The translations under genes and the position numbers were made by a program. From NCBI GenBank assembly GCA_042218065.1, contig JBDGRL010000005.1, positions 338 through 64,337 on the forward strand: DNA of 64,000 bases, given 5' to 3'. This stretch comes from Candidatus Magasanikiibacteriota bacterium (GTDB lineage: Bacteria > Patescibacteriota > Patescibacteriia > Magasanikbacterales > UBA922). The notes beneath the pieces were generated by a model. That model made no database searches, was not told the origin of the DNA, and saw only the letters and a list, made by a program, of their open reading frames with translations. Positions 19,968 to 28,701 of this stretch are shown here, piece by piece. Each line of letters starts with the position of its first letter. Positions within the stretch are counted from its first letter, which is position 1.

Positions 19968-19998
19968 GTGGGTCCGGCAATAAGGACCCACATTTTTG
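19968..19998 (+). terminator. Intrinsic terminator
   Basis: GTGGGTCC/GGACCCAC followed by ATTTTTG. Confidence 0.7.
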
Positions 19999-20004
19999 TC
20001 CAAC

Positions 20005-20033
20005 TTGATTTTTAACGCCCTTTCTTTTATAAT
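20005..20033 (+). promoter_or_regulatory. Sigma70 promoter of secDF
   Basis: TTGATT-N17-TATAAT. Confidence 0.65.
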
Positions 20034-20143
20034 GGGGCTAGTTAATTTAAAAAGCAGGAATTTTGATCGTGAGTTAAGCCTTGTTTTGTGGCTAGAAACT
20101 GTTTACAGCCTGCTGTTAGTTTGAATAATAGTAGAAAATTTTC

Positions 20144-22216
20144 ATGAATCAGGATAATTCAAATCAGTCTAAAAGAGAAAGGAGGTCCAAAATTAGATGG
20201 GGAATAGCTGCAATATTTGCTTTGTTTATAGCTGCTACTCTGTATGTAGTTCCAACTTATGGTAATAAGGCTATTGACAAAGTTAATAATATAATACCTT
20301 TAGGTTTTCCTCATGTTCCTGAAGAGCCGTTTAAACTTGGTCTAGACTTGCAGGGTGGTATTCATCTTACTTATGAAGCTGACATTTCTAAGATCCCTGA
20401 AGAAGATAAAGAGAAGGCAATTCAAGCTGTCCGAGATGTAGTTGAAAGAAGAGTCAGCGGAATTGGTGTAAATAATGCTTCGGTTCGTACTTCCAGGGTA
20501 GGTGATAAGTATAGGATTAATGTAGAGCTTCCCGGCATAAAAGATAAGCAAAAAGCAAAGAAAAAAATTGGTAAGACTCCTATATTGAGATTCAAAGAGG
20601 TATCTACTTCTACACCTGACAGAAAACTAAGCAAAAAACAAAAGAAAGAACTGCAAGAATTTAATCAAAAGAAAAAAGAAGAGGCAGAAGAAGTTTTATC
20701 CAAAGTAAAAGAAAACAAAAAACAGTTTGAGCAATTAGCTAGAAAGCATTCAGAAGATGAAGCTACAAAAGACAAGGGTGGTTATATGGGGTATGTGACA
20801 CCCTCTTCAACCAAACTTCATAAGTGGGCAAGAGGAGCTAATCAAGGGGAAATAAGTGAGGAGTTAGTAGAAAATGAAGAAGGTTATAATATATTGAAAC
20901 GTGGAGATTCAAAAGAAGGTAAAAGGAAAGTTAAGCTGAGCCATATAAAGATATGTTATGTAGGAGCAGATGGTTGTGAGGATCCACTCTACACCAAGTC
21001 GGAAGCTAAAGCTAAGGCAGAGAACATCTTCCAAAGAGCTAGTGCTTATAACTTCTCTGATTTAGCTGAGGAATATTCTAAAAATAAATCTACTTCCAGC
21101 GAGAAGAAACCTGGATATTTAGGCTATCTATCAAAGAAAGAGGTAGAAAATAAATTTAGCAAGAAATTTGCTAGTGATGTTTTCAATTCCAGACCTAAGA
21201 TACTTGGTCCTGTGGCAACAGACAATGGTTTTCATGTAGTTTATAAGCAAGACGAAAAAGTAGTAACCAAATACCAACTTTGGAGAATTTTATTTGAAAC
21301 CCAAAGCAAAGAAGATATACTCCCCCCAGAAAGTCCGTGGAAGAAAACCAAATTATCCGGGGCTCAGCTCGAAGGAGCTTCTGTCGTGACTGACCAGAGA
21401 ACAGGCCAGGTGCAAGTTTCATTACAGTTTAATGATGAGGGAGCTAGATTATTTGCTGAGATTACAGAAAGAAACGTGGGCAAGCCGGTAGGGATTTTCT
21501 TGGACGGGAAGCCTATAAGTACTCCTAGAGTAAATCAGGTCATTACAAATGGTGAGGCGGTGATCACTGGTAATTTCTCTGTTAAAGAGGCTCAGAATTT
21601 AGCTGAAAGATTAAATGCAGGTGCTCTGCCGGTGCCTATCGAGTTGATTTCTCAACAGTCGGTGGGAGCTAGCTTAGGTCATGAATCTTTGGTAAAAAGC
21701 CTGAAAGCAGGAGTGGTCGCTATACTTCTAGTAATGCTATTTATGGTTGCTTTCTATCGCCTACCTGGTGTATTGTCTGCAGTTGCGCTTTTGATTTATA
21801 TTTCTTTGACCTTAGCGTTGTACAAGCTTATCGGTGTAACTATGACCTTAGCAGGTATAGCAGGGTTTATATTGTCTGTAGGTATGGCAGTCGATGCAAA
21901 TGTGCTTATATTTGAGAGATTAAAGGAAGAACTACGTGCAGGTAGAGCTTTGAAACCAGCTGCTGAAGAAGGGTTTATGCGAGCTTGGACTTCGATAAGG
22001 GATGGTAATGTTTCTACTCTCATAACCTGCTTTATGTTATTGATGTTTGGTACAAGTTTTGTAGAGGGCTTCGCAATAACTCTAGCTATTGGAGTATTGT
22101 TAAGCATGTTCTCAGCGATAACGATAACCAGGTTGTTGCTGCTTCTCATCACCCCTTGGTTTGATCGTAGAGGTAATGCTTTGTTTTTGGGAGCTAATTC
22201 TAATAATCAAGAATAA
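20144..22216 (+). CDS. secD: Protein translocase subunit SecD with inserted tandem parvulin (PPIase) domains
   Basis: KLGLDLQGG, LNAGALPVP, GMAVDANVLIFER; insert carries FEQLARKHSED..KDKGGYMG and FSDLAEEYS..GPVATDNGFHVV. Confidence 0.95.
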   Translation: MNQDNSNQSKRERRSKIRWGIAAIFALFIAATLYVVPTYGNKAIDKVNNIIPLGFPHVPEEPFKLGLDLQGGIHLTYEADISKIPEEDKEKAIQAVRDVVERRVSGIGVNNASVRTSRVGDKYRINVELPGIKDKQKAKKKIGKTPILRFKEVSTSTPDRKLSKKQKKELQEFNQKKKEEAEEVLSKVKENKKQFEQLARKHSEDEATKDKGGYMGYVTPSSTKLHKWARGANQGEISEELVENEEGYNILKRGDSKEGKRKVKLSHIKICYVGADGCEDPLYTKSEAKAKAENIFQRASAYNFSDLAEEYSKNKSTSSEKKPGYLGYLSKKEVENKFSKKFASDVFNSRPKILGPVATDNGFHVVYKQDEKVVTKYQLWRILFETQSKEDILPPESPWKKTKLSGAQLEGASVVTDQRTGQVQVSLQFNDEGARLFAEITERNVGKPVGIFLDGKPISTPRVNQVITNGEAVITGNFSVKEAQNLAERLNAGALPVPIELISQQSVGASLGHESLVKSLKAGVVAILLVMLFMVAFYRLPGVLSAVALLIYISLTLALYKLIGVTMTLAGIAGFILSVGMAVDANVLIFERLKEELRAGRALKPAAEEGFMRAWTSIRDGNVSTLITCFMLLMFGTSFVEGFAITLAIGVLLSMFSAITITRLLLLLITPWFDRRGNALFLGANSNNQE

Positions 22217-22217
22217 A

Positions 22218-23117
22218 ATGTTGGATATCATAAAGTACAGAAAATTTACATTCATACTTTCCGGTATTTTTGTAGGGGTTAGTTTGGTGCTTCTCATCAT
22301 TTTTGGTTTGAATTTAGGCATAGACTTTACCGGAGGCTCGATGATGCAATTAAAATTTGATGAACGTCCAAGTGTAGATCAGATTGAGAAGGTTTTGAAG
22401 CCGATGAACTTAGGTTCACTTGTAGTAAAACCTGCTGATGAGAAGTCTATGATTTTGAAAATGGAGTTTATAAAGGAGGATACCCATCAGGAGATTCTTA
22501 CAAAAATAAGAAATGAGTTTGAAACAGAAAATAATAAAGTTATAGAAGAAAAAGTTAACACTATAGGTCCTGCGATAAGTTCAGAATTAAAGGAGAACTC
22601 TATTTATGCGGCAATAGGTGTTATTTTGGCTATTATAGGTTATATAGCATATGCTTTCAGAAAAGTTTCTAAACCTGTAGCTTCTTGGAAGTATGGCTTG
22701 ACGGCTATTTTTGCCTTAGTCCACGATGTTATGATAACGATGGGTGTGTTTGCCGTTTTAGGTTACATAATGCAGGTTGAGGTAAACATCCCTTTTGCGG
22801 TAGCTATGTTAACTATACTTGGTTATTCTGTAAATGACACGATAGTGGTATTTGATAGAATCAGAGAAAAACTCAATAAGTTAGGTGTGGCTAAATTTAA
22901 AAAGAGCATAATTGAAGGTGTAAATGACACCTTGGTTCGTTCAGTAAACACTTCGTTAACTACCCTTGGTGTACTTTTTGCTTTACTGTTGTTTGGTGGT
23001 GATTCTATTTTTTATTTCTCTTTAGCTTTGATTATAGGTATAGGTCTTGGAACCTATTCTTCAATATTCTTAGCAAGCCCGATTCTATACACCTGGAAAA
23101 AGGTCGACGCCTTTTAA
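22218..23117 (+). CDS. secF: Protein translocase subunit SecF
   Basis: LGIDFTGG, HDV, GYSVNDTIVVFDRIRE, RSVNTSLTT, GTYSSIFLA. Confidence 0.96.
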   Translation: MLDIIKYRKFTFILSGIFVGVSLVLLIIFGLNLGIDFTGGSMMQLKFDERPSVDQIEKVLKPMNLGSLVVKPADEKSMILKMEFIKEDTHQEILTKIRNEFETENNKVIEEKVNTIGPAISSELKENSIYAAIGVILAIIGYIAYAFRKVSKPVASWKYGLTAIFALVHDVMITMGVFAVLGYIMQVEVNIPFAVAMLTILGYSVNDTIVVFDRIREKLNKLGVAKFKKSIIEGVNDTLVRSVNTSLTTLGVLFALLLFGGDSIFYFSLALIIGIGLGTYSSIFLASPILYTWKKVDAF

Positions 23118-23241
23118 TATCATAAAAATACCTAAGTTAAATTTTAATCGTTTATATTTATAAACCAATCTTTTTAATTCGAAACCATTCTACTCTTTTG
23201 TTATACTAAAAACACTTAAAACTTAGTCTGAGTAAAAGTCT

Positions 23242-23403
23242 ATGTCAGAAAATTTCGTTCGACACTTAATATCCTTCTTGTGCATGTTGGTGGTTTTTAT
23301 GGGTTGGATATCAGGTTACTTTTCTTATCCTAGAGGTTGGTGGTGGACAGCTTTTGGTGTTATTGCAATTTACGGAGCCATTTATCAATTGCTAGAGGTA
23401 TAA
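23242..23403 (+). CDS. Small two-TM membrane protein (53 aa), absent from ORF track
   Basis: MSENFVRHLISFLCMLVVFMGWISGYFSYPRGWWWTAFGVIAIYGAIYQLLEV*, ending 10 nt before the next gene. Confidence 0.7.
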   Translation: MSENFVRHLISFLCMLVVFMGWISGYFSYPRGWWWTAFGVIAIYGAIYQLLEV

Positions 23404-23413
23404 CAAAACATAA

Positions 23414-24826
23414 ATGCCAGTTGCAGCCCAAGAAATTTTAGTAATATTAATGAAATTTTTTTTAAGGCCCGTTCCGATAGTGGCCTTTGATTTATTTATT
23501 ATCGGTGGTTGGTTGATTGTTTGTAATGGTTTATTTGAGGTTATAGATTATTTGTGGGTCAAGGAGTATAAGGAACCGAAAGCAAAATCTGATTTTAATT
23601 GGAAGCTGTTAGCTATAGATGTGCCGGAGGATAATATACAGACACCAAAAGCTGTAGAGCAGATGTTTTGTCATTTAGCTGGTGCTTATGTCCCTGCCAA
23701 TATTGCTATGGTTTATAGGAGAGGGTTCAAGCAAAGAAAATTTTCTTGTGAGATTGTAAGCATCGAAGGGTATATCCAATTTTTAATCAGAACCGAGGAG
23801 GACCTTCTAGACTTAACAGAAGCTGCGATTTATGCTCAGTATCCGGATGCAAGAATCACGGAAGTGGAGGATTATGTAGATAATGTACCCTCTAATTATC
23901 CAAATGAAACTCATGATGTATGGGCAGCTGAGTTTTCCTTGGCTGAGTCAAATGTGCAGCCAATTCGCACTTATGAGGAGTTTGAGCACCATGTATCCGA
24001 GGAGGAAGAGTTTAAGGATCCGATGAACTCTTTCTTGGAAAGCTTTTCCCGGATGGGAGATGGTGAACAGCTGTGGTTTCAGATAGTAATCAAACCGGTA
24101 TCTGATAGCTGGAAGAAGGAAGGTATAGAGAAAGTAAAAGACTTGATTGATGCTGAAGATACTGCTTCAGGTACTAGTATTTCTGATGTTATGGGGCAGT
24201 TTAAAGATGAGGCACTGGGAGGTGGGGGCAGTTCTCAGTCTAATGATGATGGTCCTCCGAATAAAATGCTTTACCTTACCCCCGGGGAGCAGAATCTGGT
24301 AGAAAGTATTGAAGATAAAATAACTAAAATAGGATTTTTCTGTATGATAAGAGGTGTATATGTAGCTAGAAAAGAGGTGTTTAAGCCGCAAAGGGGGGCT
24401 CATTCTTTGATAGGAGCTGTCAACCAATTTAATGACCCTAGCAAAAATTCTTTGAAAGTTTCTTGGAGTTCAGATACTTCATTTTTATTTGCGGAAAGGA
24501 GATCTAACTATATTAAAAATAGTATTTTAAGGAACTACATGGGTAGAAGTAGAAAAAGGGGGGCTCCGTTTTCTATCTTAAATGTTGAGGAGCTTGCTAC
24601 TCTTTGGCACTTTCCTATGCAGGATGTCAAGACTCCAATGGTTCAAAAATCCAAAGAAAAACAATCCGAGCCACCATCTGGATTACCTACAGAAAGTATG
24701 TCTGCTGGAGCAACCCCTGAAAGCATTGTTCCTACAGCAGAGGAAGATACAGAGGATTCGGAACAAGAAACTTCGCCCCCAAAGGAGGGTTCCGAGGAAA
24801 CTGAAGAAGGCAGGCCTTTTGGTTAA
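23414..24826 (+). CDS. CPR-type membrane protein paralogous to the N-terminal domain of the VirD4-like ATPase (DUF8128-like)
   Basis: FSCEIV, YAQYPDARITEVEDY, WFQIVIKP, EELATLWHFP are shared with 33137-35746. Confidence 0.75.
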   Translation: MPVAAQEILVILMKFFLRPVPIVAFDLFIIGGWLIVCNGLFEVIDYLWVKEYKEPKAKSDFNWKLLAIDVPEDNIQTPKAVEQMFCHLAGAYVPANIAMVYRRGFKQRKFSCEIVSIEGYIQFLIRTEEDLLDLTEAAIYAQYPDARITEVEDYVDNVPSNYPNETHDVWAAEFSLAESNVQPIRTYEEFEHHVSEEEEFKDPMNSFLESFSRMGDGEQLWFQIVIKPVSDSWKKEGIEKVKDLIDAEDTASGTSISDVMGQFKDEALGGGGSSQSNDDGPPNKMLYLTPGEQNLVESIEDKITKIGFFCMIRGVYVARKEVFKPQRGAHSLIGAVNQFNDPSKNSLKVSWSSDTSFLFAERRSNYIKNSILRNYMGRSRKRGAPFSILNVEELATLWHFPMQDVKTPMVQKSKEKQSEPPSGLPTESMSAGATPESIVPTAEEDTEDSEQETSPPKEGSEETEEGRPFG

Positions 24827-25671
24827 TTAGATGCGAGGCTGTATTCAGCCGCTAAGGCAACATTTTCAAGCAATTTTGAGACTGTAATTGGCCCTATACC
24901 ACCAGGAGTAGGGGTAATAAAGTCAGCTTTTTGTTTAATTTCATCTTTTTTTACATCTCCGTATGCTTTTCCTTGATCGTAATCTATACCTGCATCTACA
25001 ATAGTAGTTCCTTCTGATATCATCTCCTCGTTTATTAGATGTTTTTTGCCGACGCCTGAGATTATAATATCTGCTTGTAGGCACTTTTGTTTTAGGTTTT
25101 TTGTGAACTCGTTACAGGTTGTTACAGTGGCTTCTTTGTTCATCAAAATTATTGCGGTGGGTTTACCTACTAATATTCCTGTTCCGACTACAGTGATGTT
25201 CTTGCCTTTTAGCTCAGTTCCAGTTTGTTTTAGTACTTCCATGATAGCCCCGGCGGTAGGAGGTACAAAGTTGCTATTATGCTTTACTAATTTACCTAAG
25301 TTTTCGCTGGTAAGGCAGTCTACATCTAAATCGGGTTTTACTAAATCTAAAATATCTGGATATAATCTGTTAGGAACAGGGAGCTGTACTATCAAACCGT
25401 CTAGATCACCATTTTGTATCTCTTTTAATTCCTGCTTAATTTCTTTTTTTGTAACTTCAGAAGGAAAAGAGAAGACTTCGAACTCTATCCCAAGTTCATT
25501 GGCTTTATCTCTTTTTTTGTTTATGTAGGTTTGAGAGGACTGGTTATCTCCTATATATACAACACCTAATTTAGGGACAACCTCTTTTTCTGCTAAAGCT
25601 TCGACTTTCTTTTTGGTTTTATCTTCTATTTCTTTTGCTATTTTTTCACCTTTTATTATTTCCGCTGACAT
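24823..25671 (-). CDS. folD: Methylenetetrahydrofolate dehydrogenase/cyclohydrolase
   Basis: GLIVQLP, DVD, LVGKP, TPTPGGIGPITV. Confidence 0.95.
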   Translation of the reverse strand: MSAEIIKGEKIAKEIEDKTKKKVEALAEKEVVPKLGVVYIGDNQSSQTYINKKRDKANELGIEFEVFSFPSEVTKKEIKQELKEIQNGDLDGLIVQLPVPNRLYPDILDLVKPDLDVDCLTSENLGKLVKHNSNFVPPTAGAIMEVLKQTGTELKGKNITVVGTGILVGKPTAIILMNKEATVTTCNEFTKNLKQKCLQADIIISGVGKKHLINEEMISEGTTIVDAGIDYDQGKAYGDVKKDEIKQKADFITPTPGGIGPITVSKLLENVALAAEYSLASN

Positions 25672-25698
25672 GTTAATAGAAATTAGAACACTACAATT

Positions 25699-26703
25699 TT
25701 ACCAAATTTTTACTTCATTGTTAAGTTTAATTCCGAATTTCTCTTCTACCTTATCTTTGATTTTTTCTGAAAATTTATAAACCTTGTTGCCACTTTTTTC
25801 ACCGGGATTTATGATAGTCAATGAGTGATTTTCAAAGGTTTTTACCCCCTTTGGAGGACTGATCTCATCTTCTATTTGTTCAATGAGCCAGCCGGCAGAT
25901 AATTTTATACCTCTTTTAGTGTCAAAGTATGGCATTTCTGGAAAATTCTGTTGCAGCTTTTTTAATTTATTTTTGTCTATAAATGGGTTTTTGAAAAAAC
26001 TGCCAGCAGTGGGGGTGTGCTCCCAATCAGGAAGCTTATTTTTTCTAATTTCGCAAACTTCTGAAAAAGTATCCTGTATTGTAGGGTTTTTTATATTTTT
26101 CTTTTTTATAGCTCGCTGTAGAGAGCTGTAACTAAGGTTTGGGGTTGGTTCCTTTTTTAATTTAAAAGTAGCAGATATTATAAATAAATTTTTGTATTCT
26201 TCTTTTTTAAATATGCTATCTCTGTATCCAAATTTACATTCATCTTTAGTTAGAGAATATTCTTCTCCTGAGTTTAGATTAAATACTTTTACTGACTCAA
26301 TACTGTCTTTTATCTCCATTCCATAAGCACCAGCATTTTGAATAACAGCACCTCCTACTGTTCCGGGAATCAAAGCAAGATTTTCTATACCGCCTAGTTT
26401 TTTTTCTACTGTAGTTTTTACAAATTGGTGCCAGTTTTCACCTGATTTTACTTCAATAATAGCACTTTTATATGTCTCATTTATTTTTTTTATTCCTTTT
26501 AGTTCGTTTTTTAGAATTGGTTTTTTTATTTTCCCGGTAGGAAGGATATTACTACCTCCGCCTAAAATATAAAAAGAGCCCAGATCTTTTTCAGCTACAT
26601 CTTCTAAGTCTTGTTCATTTTCTATTACATACAATTGCTCAGCTTCTGAGTCCGTTTTGAAGGTGTGCCAGGGTTTTAAAGTTTGCTTTTGCTTAATTTT
26701 CAT
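25699..26703 (-). CDS. murB: UDP-N-acetylmuramate dehydrogenase
   Basis: LGGGSN, ENLALIPGTVGGA..QNAGAYG, FGYRDSIFK, AGSFFKNP. Confidence 0.96.
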   Translation of the reverse strand: MKIKQKQTLKPWHTFKTDSEAEQLYVIENEQDLEDVAEKDLGSFYILGGGSNILPTGKIKKPILKNELKGIKKINETYKSAIIEVKSGENWHQFVKTTVEKKLGGIENLALIPGTVGGAVIQNAGAYGMEIKDSIESVKVFNLNSGEEYSLTKDECKFGYRDSIFKKEEYKNLFIISATFKLKKEPTPNLSYSSLQRAIKKKNIKNPTIQDTFSEVCEIRKNKLPDWEHTPTAGSFFKNPFIDKNKLKKLQQNFPEMPYFDTKRGIKLSAGWLIEQIEDEISPPKGVKTFENHSLTIINPGEKSGNKVYKFSEKIKDKVEEKFGIKLNNEVKIW

Positions 26704-26825
26704 CTCGAATATTAAAAAAGTGCTCTTACTTTAACATATAAGAATTTTTTTTCAATTGAGGAATTGGCTGTTCCTTTCACTAGACCAAGTTCGAGCTGTT
26801 TTGGTAGCTAAAAATTAAAAAGTTA

Positions 26826-27812
26826 TTAGGTTTTATGCCCTAAAAACCCAGCATAATCTTCATTTTCATTTGTAATTACTTCTCCGTCAAAATATTCTTT
26901 AGCCTTTTTGGAAAAATCTCTCAGGGTCGGCTTATGTGATTTTCCTACTAAAAGTTTATCACCTTTTTGTAAATCTAAGCCTTGAAGCTCACTTGGTACC
27001 TGCTTTATTTCAAAGTAAGCTTCAATCCTTTTCTTATCTCGGTTAAACTCTACATTGTATGTAACCTGTTCTTCTTCAAAACCTAATTTATTTATCAATT
27101 CAAACAAGAAATTTTTTTGAGTTTCATTTTCATATTGAGGTATTATCTCTTCCACGATTTCCTGAGTACTACTAATCTGAGCAGAAAAGTAAATAGTATC
27201 TTCTTCTGACATGTTCTCGCTAATCTTTTGAAGAATGTAGTCAGGATCAAAATTCACAAAAGTAGCCCCTAAATATAGAAACTTTTCTTGATCAGAGTCT
27301 ATATCTTCCAATAATTCTTCCATTTTTTCAAAATCAGCCTGCAAGGGCTCCACATCAAAATCGTAGTCTGAGCTGTCAGAATTTCTTTGGGCTTCTTCAA
27401 GCAATCTTTCACTTATATCTACTGGATAGTAATCAATTTTCTTACCTTCTTCCTTGGCTTTTTCTACTATAGTAATGCTTTTTTCTCCATTGCCACAACC
27501 TAAGTGTATTACATCTGAAGAATTACTAATCTCACCAACAAACTCGTCAAGGTTTGACTTTATCATTTCCATTTCCGCATCATGCATACCTTCACTGTAC
27601 TCTGCTTGTTCTTCTAAAGCAAGATAATTTTCTGCCTGCTCTTCTTCTATATACCAAAATTTAGTTTCACTTATATCAAAAGTATGGTTTTTATCTTTAT
27701 CTCTCTGTTCTGGTATCTGTTCTGACAGAAGTTCTAATAGCTCTTCTTTGATATCTATTTGCTTTGAGTCTCTACTTTCGGTTTGAAAGTGGCCTTCTCT
27801 GTTAGAGTCCAT
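26826..27812 (-). CDS. EgtD-like (histidine N-alpha-methyltransferase family) SAM methyltransferase
   Basis: KFWY, IHLGCGNGEK, YYPVDIS...L, ADF, LGATFVNF, IEAYF, S.K pattern of Methyltransf_33. Confidence 0.75.
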   Translation of the reverse strand: MDSNREGHFQTESRDSKQIDIKEELLELLSEQIPEQRDKDKNHTFDISETKFWYIEEEQAENYLALEEQAEYSEGMHDAEMEMIKSNLDEFVGEISNSSDVIHLGCGNGEKSITIVEKAKEEGKKIDYYPVDISERLLEEAQRNSDSSDYDFDVEPLQADFEKMEELLEDIDSDQEKFLYLGATFVNFDPDYILQKISENMSEEDTIYFSAQISSTQEIVEEIIPQYENETQKNFLFELINKLGFEEEQVTYNVEFNRDKKRIEAYFEIKQVPSELQGLDLQKGDKLLVGKSHKPTLRDFSKKAKEYFDGEVITNENEDYAGFLGHKT

Positions 27813-27985
27813 TATAGTTTTAATTATTTACGCTTTTAGTATAGTTTTTATACTTTTCTATTTCAAATTAATGAGAAAAAAGAGAGAATATTAAGCTCAT
27901 TTGAAATATTTAAAATAAACAGTAATATAAATAGCCTCTACCTCAATTATTTCCAACTTTAAGAGGTGAAAATAATAGTCGGTAG

Positions 27986-28021
27986 CCGGAGGCTCGATCG
28001 CGTGATGCGACGAACCTCCGG
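27986..28021 (-). terminator. GC-rich hairpin downstream of Cys-rich gene
   Basis: CCGGAGG(T/C)TCG...CGAGCCTCCGG stem; no clear U tract. Confidence 0.5.
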
Positions 28022-28039
28022 TCCCCCTTTTCTTATTAA

Positions 28040-28321
28040 CTATTCCTCCTTTGGTTGACAGAACTTCCTCACACTTGCTGGAGAGGTCTGCATTCCTTCG
28101 CAGTTTCCGCTCCGGCAGTCTTGATCCTTGTAGCACCGCTGCCCCACTGAGCAGTTAGGGCTGCACGAACCGCCAAGGTTGATGACGTTGATGGTAGGTT
28201 GACTCTTTTCATCCTCCGACTGGGAAAGGGAGTACATGCCGGAAGTGATGGCAGTCCCCAAAAGGGCGCCCAAAAAGACCCACAGAACAATTGAACTCCA
28301 GTCAAGCTCCGTATCAGCCAT
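28040..28321 (-). CDS. Small TM-anchored Cys-rich protein (93 aa)
   Basis: N-terminal TM helix, then CSPNCSVGQRCYKDQDCRSGNC...FCQP; visibly higher GC than neighbours; own promoter. Confidence 0.7.
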   Translation of the reverse strand: MADTELDWSSIVLWVFLGALLGTAITSGMYSLSQSEDEKSQPTINVINLGGSCSPNCSVGQRCYKDQDCRSGNCEGMQTSPASVRKFCQPKEE

Positions 28322-28505
28322 GATCCTATACCCCAAAGGTTATTAACCTTTAGGGTTTCTAGAAGCGAGATTAAACCTCCAACAGAATGTTGGAAGGGGG
28401 CGATACCCTCTAAATCTAGTATCTACTAAACTTAGAGGGTACCGCCCCTACTCTCTTTTCGGTGTTATATAAAGAACAATATCCTAGAATAAATCTAGGA
28501 TAACA
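28322..28505 (-). ncRNA. Structured 5' leader / putative cis-regulatory RNA (four hairpins plus boxA-like motif)
   Basis: Hairpins at 28480-28502, 28397-28448 (24 bp with 3 G-U on the minus strand), 28378-28394 and 28331-28355. Confidence 0.6.
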
Positions 28506-28509
28506 GCAT

Positions 28510-28538
28510 AGTGTAATACAAAAATCACTCCTTGTCAA
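28510..28538 (-). promoter_or_regulatory. Sigma70 promoter
   Basis: TTGACA-N17-TACACT on the minus strand. Confidence 0.65.
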
Positions 28539-28594
28539 GGGCAGTTACCTATTTTATACTTAATCTAAAGCAAAAAATGATTCGAAAATGGTTG

Positions 28595-28665
28595 CTCGGG
28601 AGCCAGGATTCGAACCTGGATTTCGAGGACCAGAACCTCGCGTCCTACCATTAGACGACTCCCGA
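28595..28665 (-). tRNA. tRNA-Gln(CTG)
   Basis: TCGGGAG/CTCCCGA acceptor, CGAGG-TTCTGGT-CCTCG, GGTTCGAATCC. Confidence 0.95.
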
Positions 28666-28701
28666 ATAGAAACTTTATGATCTAAATGGGTAATTTTACA
28701 A

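Noticed and set aside
27897-28305. Alternative minus-strand ORFs 27897-28136 and 28069-28305
   Set aside because: They overlap the better-supported TM/Cys-rich ORF and run through its downstream hairpin or lack features.
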